Below are positions 1 through 13,350 of a DNA stretch of 64,000 nucleotides, piece by piece (the first letter of the stretch is position 1; each line of letters starts with the position of its first letter). The DNA comes from Psilocybe cubensis (taxonomy: Eukaryota). The stretch lies in NCBI GenBank assembly GCA_017499595.2, contig CM039001.1, forward strand, positions 2,604,001-2,668,000, read 5' to 3'. Below the pieces are notes generated by a model, which worked only from the letters and a program-made list of their open reading frames with translations, had not been told where the DNA came from and did not search any database. The translations under genes and the position numbers were made by a program.

Positions 1-2436
1 CGACAATAGGCAGCGTGAAAAATTGATTATTTTTTATATCCTGGAACATCCCGGGCAAGGCCACTGCACGGCCTATCGTTTTGGTGCCAAAATTCGGGTA
101 CACTGAAAACTCTAGAGCTAGATGGTCCAAAGAAGCGATCTGGAACGAAAACGATCCTTCATCGCTATTCTGAGGAAGAGATATAGTGTACGGGGCGGAG
201 TTTACATGTGGGCCCGCCGTCATGACAAGTTTCAGAGGAGTTGTGGAAAGAAGATATTCGTCCTTGAAAAATGGACTGATGAGGCGATGATGTAGGCGCA
301 CACCACTGCTTCCGTTAGTTTTGTTGGTTGATCGCCCAATCGAGACTTGTACGAAATGCGAGTTTACCAGGTAATTGTGTCCATATACGCGATGAGGCAT
401 AATTGGAGGTGGTAGGGACAACGATGGAATTTGGTCGATCTCAAAGTCACCGACAGAACCCCCATCTGACCAAGGGGAGCGACTATGGCCAACAGGGAAT
501 TGAGTTAAGTTTGGGGTGTCTTTTGTGACAGATAACAGAATTTCCAGGCAAGACTGATGGCCATACCACGCGGCATAATGAGATGCATAATGTCCAAGTT
601 CGTCCTTTAAGGAGACGCGACAGTTACCAGATACAAGGATTTGAACGCATTCGGCGTGTCCATACCTTGCAGCATGAAATAGAGGTGTCCATTCGTGATA
701 CTTATCTGGAGTATCCCAGCCATCGAGGTGAAGAAGCAGCCGACAAATGGCATCGTGGCCTTGGCGTGCTGCAAGATGGATAGGATACTCACCATTGCTA
801 TTTGGCATCGAGGTCGCTCCATGTTCAAGCAATAACACAACAACGTCGACATGACCTGCTTGGGCAGCCAGTGACAGCGGACTAAAATCTCCAGATGGCA
901 TAGGAGGTTGGGCTTGAACATGGCCCTTTTCAAAAAGAACACGAACACAGCCAACGTCGCCCTTCAGGGTAGCGTATACCAGAGGGCTGTAATTGTCTCT
1001 ATCAAGAATATTCGGAGAAGCGCTTGCATCCAGGAGTTGATCACAAACATGTGCATGCCCTCTCATAGCAGCATAATGTAGAGCTGTCCGACCATATACA
1101 TCGCACTTATCCACAGGGACGTTATTTTCAATGCATAGAGATACCATTCTCTGGGCTCCAGCGATAGCAGCTTCGTGAAGGCATGTCCGTCCGTTGATAT
1201 CGTCAATAAATTGAAAATCGAATGGACTAGTGAGGGTTGCCAAAATGAGGTCTGTAAGATCCGGGGGCGCTTCAATGATGATATTCCAGAGAATTCGTGT
1301 TACATTGCCCAGTCCACCCGATTGTTGAGCAAGGAGATCAGAGTAATGGACGCAGTCTATAAGAGCCGCAGCGTCATTGGCTGCAAGGGCCTTGTGAAAG
1401 TTACTTTCAAGATCACGGAAAGGGCCGGTCGGTGGAGTAATCTCCGTCAAGATTTGTTGAGCAAAGATGTCGCTTGCACCAGGGCCTTCAAATTTCAATC
1501 CGGAAGATAGGTCAGTAATGTTTAGCAAGCATGTCGCTACGGTATCCGCAAGTTCTGAAATCAGCTACAAGACGAGAAATTAGCATATTCTCAGTTCTTT
1601 GAGAGATTTTTGCAGCACCTGTCGGTTAAAAACTGGTTGAACGTCAACTTGTCGAGCCAGATAAAGCTCTTTTGTGGTAGACTTTGAACGCTTGTCATAT
1701 TTCTTGAGGATTTTACGAAACCCAGTGGCGTTGATCTCTACAAATTGCTTTTGTGCAAGTTTGTAAAAATTGTGCCTAACCAAAGTGAAAACCTTACCTG
1801 AAGTTTGCCCAAGTCTCGTTCTAATAATCGAAACCCTTCCTCCACTGCGCTCCACTCGACATGACTCGCAGTTATATTGCCTGACGTGTCTGGGATACCC
1901 CTCATTGCCGCTGCTCTACGCTTAGATAGGAGGGTCTCCATCCGTAGCGTCACTTCCGCTTCTTTTTGAAGATAGAAAGCATTGATCTATAAGTTTCAAT
2001 CGTATTGCAATCAAACACCGAGAAAAGCAGTTCACACCTTTTCCAGCTCTCTTTCAAGTTTAAAGAAGAAAGCAGCCTTATGCGCTCGAAAATCAGGACC
2101 TCGCTCGAGATCATGACCCGAAGCCGCAAAAAAGGGGGGCTGACCAGGGCTGCCCGCAGGGGACGCTGCAGGACTTGGACGTATAGTCTGCGATATTGGC
2201 TGTGGCGACAATTGAATCAAAGTATCATGAGGACGAACCCCCAACGCCAACGCCGCTGCCTCTGATGCCGGCCGATTGGCAGCTAGCGAGGAAATGATTT
2301 TCTTCAAAAACTTGTAATCGAGGTAGTAGCTCGACCATCCTGGAACCTGTTGGGCCTGTATTTGCTTTCCGAACTAAAATAATGTATTCATGTCAATTTA
2401 GGGGCCGTGGTAAGTGGCGCTTAGACGTACCTTCAT
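1..2436 (-). CDS. PHO81: SPX-ankyrin(-GDPD) protein, Pho81/Nuc-2-like CDK inhibitor; runs off the window start
   Basis: Spliced start MK|FGKQIQAQQVPGWSSYYLDYKFLKKII and FVEINATGFRKILKKYDKRSK (SPX domain), followed by ankyrin-like repeats (GYSPLVYATLKG, KWTPLFHAA-like). Confidence 0.85.
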
Positions 2437-2669
2437 GGCTTGATAATGATTTGCGTGCAATCAGTTTCAAGAGCGAGGCGAGGATGGTGCAAAGAAGCAG
2501 CGAAACGATAAATACGACAATCGTCCACCTCAAGGCTCGGTATAACTATTCCAAACTTCAATATCCATGGAAAGAGCAAACTTGAGGGGATTCGCGGTCT
2601 CGCAAGAGATAACTCGACTGCCACTCGTGGAAGCCTTCGAAAATGAAATGCAGCATCCCAAAATCTACA

Positions 2670-2675
2670 CACGTG
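2670..2675. promoter_or_regulatory. CACGTG E-box (possible Pho4-type site) about 235 bp upstream of the PHO81-like ATG
   Basis: Exact CACGTG in the upstream region; PHO81 is a known Pho4 target in yeast, but a single hexamer can occur by chance. Confidence 0.3.
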
Positions 2676-2884
2676 CCTCGAACGGATGCAAAGATGAACT
2701 GCGACTGAACGTTTGAGCCTCAAAGATAGGGTTAAGCAAAAAAGCCTTGGGTTTGGAGTCTGTGAGTCGTGATATATGAAATGTCGATCTTTTTTGCTAC
2801 ACTAAATCTAAATAACCGAAAGCACCTCCGATAATCGATAACTACGGAATGTCCGCATCCTCGACGAACGTGCGCACCCCAGCA

Positions 2885-4263
2885 TTAAATTAACACTTTC
2901 CTCAGTTGCCATACTCGAGCGGGCAGGAGGGTCACTGGACACTTTTCGTGCTTCTCTACCTGATCATAGGCACAACGATAGCAAAATACATATCCTGAAG
3001 GCAACGCAGTCGCATTATTGATGGCTTTCTTGCAAATCGGACAGATCCCATAGGCCGTTTTGTCGAAGGGGATACCCTGTGGATGAGGAGGTAGCATACT
3101 TGGTGGTGGAATTGCGGGGCCTTGAGGCGAGACCGATAACGCGCGAGCAGGAGATCCAGGCGAATACCACCATTCCAAAAATTTGATGAAAAAGATCGCT
3201 GTAGGTAACAATAGACGCAACGAGTCCAACAGAAGACGCGGGGACCTTAAAAGAAGTTGTTTGAGCCGCGTTGTTAATGTGCGCTTCGTATCTGGAGATA
3301 TCTTCTTCTGTGCAGCTAAACTTGCAGCTCTCTGGAACGTGGGGTTAGTGAAAAAATTCGCTGGCCAGAAATGCAATGCACTTACAAAGTCTTCGATCCC
3401 CAATCTTCGAATATCTACACCTATCCAGCTCAGCCATGGACGGTATGAAGGTTTTTTGTCAAAGAGGTAGGCGATATTCCACAACAATAGCCAAAGTTCC
3501 AGAGATGTATTGAGATAGGGGTAAGCGGCTTTAAAGACGCGTCTGAACCGCCCCTTGAAGCTCTACCATTTGATCAGAAAAAGTTTCGCATATTGAATCG
3601 CATGCCATACCTGGTCAGTGAGAGCTTGTACTTGTCGTGCATCTAAACCTTCGTCGAGGATGTCGGAACCAACTCCTCCTCCAAGTTCCTCGAAATAATC
3701 CTGGGCTTTCGCTCGGAGATATGGCACGCCTACCTAAAGTCGTGGTATCAAAACACTGTTATTATACAAACTTGGAACAAGAACTCACCAGAAACAGTAG
3801 CGACCGCCATATTTCCTGACTTCGAAGCTTTTCTCCACTTGGTATCCCTCCAACAGCAGCTTTCGCCCTTTCGGTCTCGATGAATGGTCGGCGCCTCCTT
3901 TTCAGGCCATAAAAGTTTTCAGCGAAAGAAGCATCTGTTCAATGAATTAGAATCTGCTTCAAGTAGAAAAATAAAATTGATTCAACTATGAGATCTGAGA
4001 TAGTGTCGCTCAACTATCAACATGACAAGAGCGTAGAACTCCTCGTGGCGGTTCACTACACGCAAAAGGTAGCGTGGATAACGTTGGGCGAAGACCTAAA
4101 CGTATTGATAGTATCAAACATACAGAGTCGAAATAGTATTCATTCATACCGCAAGGACATATTTCAGAGCGGGCTGCAAGAGGTCGCGCAATTGCTCTTG
4201 TGCCAGGAGTTCGAAGAGAGATGGCTTCAAGGGGTCTATCCCATTGTCATTAAAGAACTCCAT
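2885..4263 (-). CDS. PEX12: Peroxin 12 (Pex2/Pex12 N-terminal domain plus C-terminal RING)
   Basis: N-term [35 protein letters not shown]-terminal CPIC...SGYVFCYRC...CPVT. Confidence 0.93.
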
Positions 4264-4561
4264 GTTGTCGGTGGGTTAGTGAGATGTGATAGATGAATAA
4301 CTATCAAGATAGTGTGTCAATGTCTTTCCATCGAGTAGAAAAGCAGCAGCGGAGATAGACAATGTGAAACTAAGTCCCGAGAGCATGAATTGGTGAAGAA
4401 CCGTTATTTCCGGCGACAATCAAGCGCGGGTAGCCGGCCACTAAAAGGGCGAGCCGCTGAACCAAATAAAGCCGGCGTGATATACATCACGTGTCTGTAA
4501 TAGTAGACTTGACGGACGCGTCACCTTCGCATCGACTCTGCTACAACTCTCACTTTTCATC

Positions 4562-5704
4562 ATGGTAGATATTGCCGCTGTGTACTCATCGACGTGTATC
4601 TGACGATTTGAGTCAGTTTAGAAACACATACGATTCCGACAATACCGTTTTCTCACCACAGGGACGCTTGCATCAAGTGGAATACGCTCTCGAAGCAGTT
4701 AAGCAGGGATCGGCTGCCATTGGATTGCGCTCAAAGACACATGCAGTTCTGCTTGCTCTCAAAGTGAGCTGATAGAATCTGCGCTGCACTCTCGATCATA
4801 TCATCTGACGAAGCTTTGAATGCTTAGCGTTCGACAGGCGAGCTTGCGTCCTATCAACAGAAAATGTTCAGGATAGATGATCATGTTGGTATCGCTATTG
4901 CTGGATTGACCTCCGATGCTCGTGTGCTAAGGTATGCGAGTCATCCATGCACACCCTTTCTGTAATCTCATCAAAACTATCTGGCTGTGAAGCAATTTCA
5001 TGCGTCAACAAGCCATGTCATCCAAGATGGTTTTCAACAGGCCTATTCCCGTAAATCGTCTGGTCTCGTCAATTGCTGATAGTGAGTTGCTTAAATATGT
5101 CACATCATACATACTAATTTTCTTGGTGTTGGACAGAGGCACAAGTAAATACCCAAGAATATGGACGTCGCCCATACGGTGTTGGATTCCTCGTTATTGG
5201 TCAAGATAACAGCGGCCCCCATCTTTACGAGTTCTCTCCATCAGGAAACTCGTATGAATATTATGCCATGTCGATCGGTGCCAGAAGTCAGAGTGCAAAG
5301 ACATATCTGGAGAAACACTACGAAAAGTTTGCTGATTGTGAGTTCCTCAGCAGCTTTACCTTTTTGGTGTGAAAAGCTGATTTTATTATCAAGGTTCATT
5401 TGAAGATCTAGTCCGTCATGGGCTTCATGCTTTACGCGAGACTCTTCAACAAGACAAGGAGCTCAATGTAAACAACACATCGATTGGCATCATTGGCCCA
5501 AAAAGCGAGCATGAGAAGTCAGAAACTCCCGGTGGCGCATTCCGAATCCTTGAAAATGAGGCTGTTGAACCGTTCCTCCAGACAATGCGCTCCAAAGAGG
5601 AACTCAAAGAAGAGGAGAGACAAGCGTTAGATGCATCAAAGGCGGAGGAAGCAACAGGAACAGCGGCACCCGCAGCCGACGATGATGTACAAATGTCCGG
5701 ATAA
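4562..5704 (+). CDS. PRE5: 20S proteasome subunit alpha-6 (alpha type 1)
   Basis: ATG-only first exon then [54 protein letters not shown]. Confidence 0.95.
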
Positions 5705-5872
5705 CTGTATTATATCTCTGTTTGAAATGTTATTCTCTTTGCTTTTCGTCTATCCGACTTGTCTATCGAACTTGCTAAGTTAAATATATAAGTGTATGGT
5801 GGCTATAGGTGGTGAGTTGTGGATGTCAAAACGAAATGAGTATTTTGGGTGTTGTTCGGCGTTTTGCACTGA

Positions 5873-7496
5873 TTATGTTTTCTTGCTGTTCGTAGCCGCT
5901 TGTTTGAGAGTTCGCCAAGCTCTTGCTGCCGCGCCAGGTCTTCGCATGGTAATTAGTAGGTGCGCCATGGCACTAAGCAGCATAACGCTTCCAGCTTGGT
6001 GGGCGGCGGCTAGAGAAACAGGTACAAGATAAAGTAGTGTGGAGATGCCCAAAGCGACTTGGATATTTGCCATAGCGAAAGCGGCTTTTGTTGCGACAAG
6101 GGTAAGCGGAGGCAAGGCAGCACGAAGGGCAGGGCGGAATGTCTGCAAGTAGAGAGCAGCTGTGGCAAAGTAGGTGGTGGTGGCCTAGAATACGAGCGAT
6201 CAGTATGACAAGTGAGAAAATAATCAAATTGCCTAGACGTACCAATACGCGGTGATCGAACTGAACGGTCGTTGGATTCTCGAAAATGTTGCGCCACCAT
6301 GTATCAGACTTGTCTTCGTTTTTAGCATATGCTGGGGAGAAAAGTTCATCTGCTGGTGGTGCTAGGCGCCCACCCATAAGAGGAAATTCATTGTAGAGCA
6401 GACCGGCATCCAAGCCAGCAACGAAGGCGCCTAAGACAACAGATTGATATGAATGAATCTCAGCAAATAAAGACGAAATACAAACCCGACAAAGCAGTCA
6501 AAAATACCAGGCACGTAATCGCCCAAGACTGTCTCTTGAAGGATTTGAGCAACGGGTTGGAAAGAATTCTGTTAATTCTGCCGGAGCTTCCGCTCCATTT
6601 GGCGCCGTTGGCGTACTTGTAATCCTTGATCACAGCCATACCTGTGCCAAACATACCAAGGTAGAGAAGGAACGCCATCCCGAGATGAGATGCGAGGCGG
6701 TATTGGGACACCCGGGGCACAGCTCCCGGTGTTTCCATGAGGGAATCTTCAAGACCTGATTTAACCATGTACCATCCAAGAGCGCCTTGTGCACCTATGA
6801 GCAATGCTAGTCCGGACATACGCAAAGTCATGGAGCTGGGAATTTGCTTTCTGACGGCGAAGTAAACCAGCGGTCCGACAAAGACAAGGCCAATCAACCG
6901 GCCTAGGACACGGTGACCCCATTCCATATAAAATATAGATTTGAAATCTTCCAAGGATATCGAGTGGTTCATACTGGGTGTAATAGTATCATACGGTTAA
7001 TCACGGTGAAAAAGAACAGGAAAGGTACATACAGCTTGAATTCCGGGGTAGCCTTGTATTTGTCGAATTCTACAATCCAATCATCGTGAGACAGAGGGGG
7101 CAAGATTCCTGTTATAGGCCTCCATTCCGTTATGCTGAGGCCAGATTCCGTGAGACGAGTTACGCCTCCGACAACGATAATTCCGAGGACCAAGACGGAA
7201 GAGGCCATTAACCATCTCCCAACTGCCGGCGAAGGAAGAATAGGAAGGGGGGCCGGGGGCTCTGTAGCTTTTGTGGCTTTTGCTTGCTGCCATGGTTTAT
7301 TGCAGTGAAGGAAACGAACCGATGTGGTCAATCCCGTCGCAGGACGCCTACTTACGGCGCCTAAAGTGGTGAGTGGTGTCGACCATTGCACGCGACTGGT
7401 GGTAGATATGGCACGCGTCTGAGTCGCTCGAGTGCATGTCCTGAAGCCAGCCAACGCATTGAAGCGTATCGCACTCCGCGATACACCCAGCAACAT
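5873..7496 (-). CDS. COX15: Heme A synthase Cox15
   Basis: [54 protein letters not shown]; mitochondrial-type N-terminus. Confidence 0.95.
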
Positions 7497-7598
7497 GATG
7501 GGTCCAGGGGTTGAAGGAGTAGCAAAGCCTGGAATCCAGTCCGGCACGGATTCACCAGAATAAAATGATCGACGGCACGCGTCTGTCAATGACCAATC

Positions 7599-7827
7599 CA
7601 CTGCGGGCAATGACTGCTGTAAGTTGAACAAACAGCCATTGTTTTACATGTTTTATGTAAGTTCAGCTGTAAGTTCAACATACAGCCTACTTACACTCAA
7701 ATATTCTCCTTTTATGGAAATTATTTGAGTGTAAGTCATGATGTATGTCGAACTTACAGCTGAACTTACATAAAACATGTAAAACAATAGCCGTTTGTTT
7801 AACTTACAGCAGTCGTCGCCCGCAGTG
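7599..7827. mobile_element. Non-autonomous hairpin MITE, CACTA/CMC-like (CACTG...CAGTG)
   Basis: About 105-bp near-perfect inverted arms around a short loop; flanked by an ATC direct repeat (7596-7598 and 7828-7830); internal TGTAAGTT subrepeats. Confidence 0.85.
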
Positions 7828-7890
7828 ATCGGAAGCGTGAAATTGCTTACCTGCAAGGGCCTAGCCTCAGCCAGCCTGCCCCGCGCCGCC

Positions 7891-8346
7891 ATGAACTTTC
7901 TCTCCCGTCGTCTCCTGTCCCCCCAGGTCCTCTCTATTCGTCGTTCTTGGTTGTCAACGACAGCTACATGGAGCTCTGCTACTTCAGCTACCGCCTCTAC
8001 GGCTCCTCCAGGGCTTTCCGAAGGTGAACAGGTCATCCATGAGAAGCTCACCGCCAAATTTGCACCTTCGCAATTGCAGGTACAGGACGTGTCGGGTACG
8101 TGTATTGAACGCTTGGGAAGTGCTACTTATTCAATCTGACACAGGTGGGTGTGGGACATTCTATGCAATAACGATTGCAAGTTCTGCTTTCAAGGGATTA
8201 CCAATAGTGAAGCAGCACAAATTAGTCACCGAAGCTCTCAAGGCAGATATTGAGGGATTCCATGGCCTCCAGGTGATTGGTTATTTCTTGCTTCGGATTT
8301 ATTCTACTAACAAAGTTTTTTGTAGATCAAAACAATATCGACGTAA
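7891..8346 (+). CDS. Mitochondrial BolA-like protein (Bol3/Aim1 type)
   Basis: LQVQDVS|GGCGTFYAITIASSAFKGLPIVKQHKLVTEALKADIEGFHGLQ; Arg/Ser-rich presequence. Confidence 0.92.
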
Positions 8347-8604
8347 TTTAAATGCCTTCACTTAAACGGACCCCACTAAATACAATGGACGCCTGCCGCA
8401 CTTAGAGTGGATCTAACAGGCAAATATCCAGGGATTTTAGGTCCAACTTATACGGAAAACGCTGCTCATCTACCGTATTGCATACCTAATATTCAGTAGC
8501 AACCCTATGCACAACCAACTCTATACCAAATTTAAAGATGAAGATCATCGCCAAAATTTCCTGCAAATCCAAGGCTGTTCCCCGATTCAGGTAGATGTCA
8601 TCCT

Positions 8605-9736
8605 TCAATTTATCTTAAACAGCTGTATCAGCGTTATAGCCTCCCGATTGTAAATTTGTCGGTTAGGGTCGTCCAGGACCTGTGGAGGTTGCTATGAACA
8701 AGAAGTGAGAAAACAATGAGAATACCCTTGCCTCCTTCCAGGTGAAATGTTTCTTTAACATTCCAAAGAAACGTTTGTCCGCCTGATTGAACACTCAGTT
8801 TCATATATTTACATCACGAGTCGAAGGACTGAAGTTACCTTTCTTCGCTTTTTGTAGCAGAAATAGATCTCATTTTTTGAATCCGACAGATCGTTGAGAG
8901 TTTGGACGAGAAGAGGAAATGCAGGCTCGAAATACACGCAGTCGGCTGCAAGGATGATATCTGGACGAGGTATGTCTGCTGGTATTGGAGACCCCCTTCA
9001 GTATAGTGGCAAATACTTTCAGGAAACGCGTTCTTCAGCCCTTCAGCAACGAGAAAAGAACCAACCAATTGAGCTCAGCTACGATGACTTTGTCTTCCAG
9101 TTTGTTCAGAGAGACGTTCTGTTTCATGATGGGTAGCAACGGACTAGTATATTCCAACGAAGAAAGTGAAAATTGGACGTTAATTAAGAGGAAGAAAGAA
9201 TCATGGTCAAGAGGGAAATCAACGGACGCTTGGTCAGTTATCCATGTTTTCGCATCCCTCAGAGCACCAACGACGAGGCCGACAAGACCCGTCCCGCTTC
9301 CAAGCTCGAGGATGTTCTTGCCTCTGATATAATCTGGACCGCGTTGGACGAGATAGCTGGCTAGAATCTTTGCCGGAGGTCATTTAACTGCAGCGGACTG
9401 GGCGAAACGACGCAAGTGCACCTGTCCGGCTGGCCATGCGAGACCCCCACACCCTGGCGCAGCATCGACGACGAGAGATGTGGAGATAGGAGAAGGTATC
9501 GAGGGCCATGTATGTGCAAAAGAAAGGGTGAGGAGGCCGTCGTGCACAGACTGAGATTGCTGAGGGAGAACAGTCAACAGTTCAGAGAGAGAACCTGATG
9601 GACGAGCCAAACCGTCGGAGGCGATGATGCCCTCCAATTCACTGTCGTCCATGAGATGACGAAGAGGATCGCGGCTGTCGAGGATCTCGTCGCGGAAGAA
9701 CTCATTCTCTGGAAGAGATGAATCTAGTTGCAGCAT
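8605..9736 (-). CDS. EFM6: Family-16 (METTL21-like) protein lysine methyltransferase, Efm6-like
   Basis: PGCGGLAWPAGQ, ILELGSGTGLVG (SAM motif I), DIILAADCVY, YKKRRKADKRFF. Confidence 0.8.
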
Positions 9737-10191
9737 GATGGACGAAAGATAAATGTGATCAGCGGCTATCTTTGGCTTTACCGGCACGAGGCAGCCTCGG
9801 AAATCGCCCTTTTCATTATAGACCTACACGAAGTAATATACGAGTCGGCGTAATATATTCTAAAAGCCTATCGAGCGCTTATTTTACGTATACGAGATGT
9901 GGCTGAGTTTTCGGCGGACTCTTATCGGCGTGTAAACCAGCCACAGCACAGGACTAGTGCATCCCGGGGGTTCTAGCAGTATCGTAAGGATTGTCAAAAG
10001 GGTAAACATAGAATAAATGGTCGAGCTCTCAGTACGGAGAGCAAGAGTTCCGAATGCAAATAGCGGGGACGAGGAGGAGGCATAAACATGTGCAACGCGA
10101 TCAAAGTTATTCCCAGCTTCGCACGTACTTTGAAGCAGCAACTCCTCTTGACATTCATTTTATCTCTCTTCCCATCCATTCTCTTCCCTTC

Positions 10192-13100
10192 ATGACTGTC
10201 CCTGACCTCCACCAGGTTACTTTTGTCTGGTAAGTCCTCTTCCTCTCTTTTTTCCTTCTTTTTCATGCTCCATAAATGTTCTAAATACGCGTTTATCCTC
10301 CCAAAGGCCGCATCCCGAGCCCGAATCCGTCATTGTCACTGGTACTTTCGACGAGGTTTGTAAGACCGATGTAAACGAGCCGGCGACGTCTCAGCTTATC
10401 TCTTCTCAGTGGTCTGGGTCCACACCGCTCACCAAAACCGCTACTGGTTTTGAGGGCACCGCAGGCATTCCCTGGGGCCAAAAGATCAAGTACAAGTTTA
10501 TCGTGGACGGCGAATGGGTCACCCACGAGGACCAGCCAACAGAGACAGACCCCGGAGGTTTCGTCAATAATGTGTATACCGCGCCCTCAAAGCCTGTGGA
10601 CGAGGCCACTGTCGCTCCAACTGCCTCCGACTCCGACTCCATCCCCGTCAAAGATGAGGCTGAACCCACAGAAAACGGTCACGCTACCAACGCTAACGGC
10701 GCTGCTCTGGCAGAGGTCGCGCCCCCAGCAGATCTATCTGCACAAGTTCAGCCAGTAGAGTCTGAGCCGACCAAGCCTGACGTTGCTGAGGCCTCTCCGA
10801 CCGAAGAGGATAAGGTCGTATCCGAAGCCTCAGATAAGCCTACGAACACTTCTGCAACTGATTCCCAGTCGTCTGCTGACCCCCCAAGCACCGAATCTAC
10901 ACCAGACGACGTGGCTTCTGGTGTTGGAGCCGCTGATAACACCGCGGTTGTTGTAGAACCTGTTAACACTCAAAAGGTACACCTCAGAATACATGGTTCA
11001 TCTAATTATAAACTATGACCGTATATTAATGAATCTCTTCCCGTAATTTCTATAGATTTCCATCCCAATCCCCAACGTCGACGACGCCTTCAATGTCCCA
11101 GAAGACTCCCAGACGGCTCCCAACACAGCTGCACCCCAGTCTGCACTCTCGACGAATACCGTGTATTACGACGCCGAGTCACCTTTATCACCTGTTGCTC
11201 CCATTGTGCCTATTCTCATCGTTCCAGTCAACGCTGCTGAAAACAACACGGTCGCTCCTTCGGAGCAGGAGGTTGTTCCGGCTCCTGTCGCCGAAGTGGC
11301 TGTAGCTGAAACGGCAGTTCCAGAGCCTGGACTTGAAGCTGCTACACCTGTTGCTGAAGAGCTTGCTGCCGAAAAAGTCGCTGTTTCTCCGGAACCTGGT
11401 GTTCCCGCTGTTGAAGTCGTCCCAGAACCCGCTCCCCAGACTGCTGCGTCATCCGAAGAAGCCGCAAAAGTAGAGGAAACCCCAGTGGAGAAAGCTGTAG
11501 AGGTTCCTATGCCTACGGATTCAGCAGTCGAGTCTGAAGCTGATGCCACGCCTACGGCTACCGAAGAAGCATCGACCATTGTCGAGTCTCAACCAGAAGT
11601 TACTGAAGAGGTCGTCCCTGAGCCTGAAGCTGTCAAGGAAGTTGATACGGTCGCGACTGAACCCGAGTCTGAAGCCGATGCTTCAACAAAGACTTCTGAG
11701 CCAGTCGCTGTGGCAGACTCAGACCCTGTAGCTAAGGAAGCCGAGCCTGTTACTACCCTAGAGGAAACAAAGCCTGAGCCTGCTGCTGCTGCAGAAGAAG
11801 CGAAGCCTGAGCCTGTTGTTGCTGTAGAGGAGGCGAAGCCCGAGCCTGTTGTTGCTGTAGAGGAGCCTGAGCCTGCTGTTGCTGTAGAAGAGGTTAAACC
11901 CGATCCTACAACTTCAGAAAAGGCGGCCTCAGAATCTGCTGATATTGGCAGCAAAGAAGTCGATACAGCTGTCGCAGAAGAAGTTGTTGCTCCTGCGCCA
12001 GTTGAAGCTGGACCCACAGAAACCATTTCTGAACATGAAACTCCTGTCGTAGCTACAGAAGCGCCTGTTGTACCCGCTGTTGAAGAAACAATCGCACCCG
12101 TTTCCGAAGAGCAAGCAGCACCTTCGGAAGATGTTGCACCCACAGTTGAGGACTCAGCTTCGCCCGTCGAAACTGGAGAGCCGTCTGCGCCTGCTGATGT
12201 TGTCGCTGAAGTTAAAGCAGAGGAACCTACCTCATCCGAAGCTGCTCCTACTACCGACATTGCTGTCGAAGAACCTATACCCAAAGTCACAGCGGAGGAG
12301 CCTATACCACAGGAGGAACCAGAGGTGAAGGTGGAAGAGCCTGTTACCAGTGAGCCTGAGCCCGCTCCTGTCGTAGAAGCAACGCCCGAGGTCGAAGCTG
12401 ATGAAGTTGCCGTAACTGCCACATCGAAACCTGAGCCTGAGCCCACACCCGTTCCTGCACAACTTCCTGTACCTGGCCTTCTTGCATCAGCTGCTATCCA
12501 AAACCACCTCGCTGAGATCAAAGCTAATGAGGAGACTGTTGCTGCTGCTGCCCCAGAAAGCTCAGAGCCTGCTGTAGAGGAAGCAAGCGAGGAGAAGAAA
12601 GGAACAGATCAAGTCGACTCTGCTGCAGGTGTAATTGCTGATAAGGAAGAAGTACTCACACCTACAGTCATCGAGGTTCCAGAGCCAACGCCTGTGGCTG
12701 AGACCAAACCCGAGGTGGTTCCAGCCGAGCCCGTGTCTGCTCCCGAAGCTGCAGAGACAAAGGAAGAGGTTGCTATTCCAGTGGTTGAGGAGACCGTTGT
12801 TCCCCCTGTTGATGCTGTCGTTGCTGAACATTCAAGCGCTGCGCCACCTGTGGTTGAGGAAACTGTTGTTCCACCTGCGATTGTGCATGCAGTCGATGAA
12901 TCTATCACTACACCTGCGATTGAGGAACCTCTTACTGCAACTGCGGCTGCAGCAGATAGCCCGCCTGCTGTCGCTGAAGTATCTGCCTCCGAAGCGAAAA
13001 CCCCTGCTGCCACTGAGTCTAAGGTAGTTGAGGTATCCAGCCCTACACCTGTTCCCGAAGCTCCAGTTTCCGAATCTGTCCCCGCTCCCACAAAGGTAGA

Positions 13101-13350
13101 AGAACCTGAAATTGTATCTGTACCAAAGGAGGATGCACCCGCCGCTGAGGTTAAGGCAGAAGAGAAACCTGCAACCAGCAATGGCACACCTGTGACACCC
13201 GCCAAAGTCGAAGAGCCATTCCCATCAGAGTCAAAAGATTCACCTCCATCTTCAAATGTGAACACAGTCCGCAAGAAGAGGACCTCTATTTTCGGAAAAA
13301 TCAAGAATCTTTTCTCAAGTGATAAGGAGGAGAAGAAAGAAAAGAAATAA
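10192..13350 (+). CDS. CBM48/AMPK1_CBM glycogen-binding domain protein with a long Glu/Pro/Ala/Val-rich tail (Crp1/Mdg1-like)
   Basis: VTFVW|PHPEPESVIVTGTFDE|WS...KIKYKFIVDGEWV...GFVNNV, then about 850 aa of acidic low-complexity sequence ending RKKRTSIFGKIKNLF. Confidence 0.85.
11761..11903 (+). repeat. Coding tandem repeat, roughly 27-33-bp unit (EEAKPEPVVAV-like), about 4-5 degenerate copies
   Basis: Repeated gagcctgttgttgctgtagagg units. Confidence 0.75.

Noticed and set aside
6969-8139. Two ORFs on opposite strands both beginning MFNLQQS(L/S)PAV
   Set aside because: Artefact of TTG starts inside the two MITE arms; the real ATGs are at 7496 (COX15) and 7891 (BolA).
11166-13304. Long antisense Ser/Thr/Gly-rich ORFs (310 aa, 231 aa and others)
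   Set aside because: Shadow frames of the low-complexity Glu/Pro/Ala coding strand.
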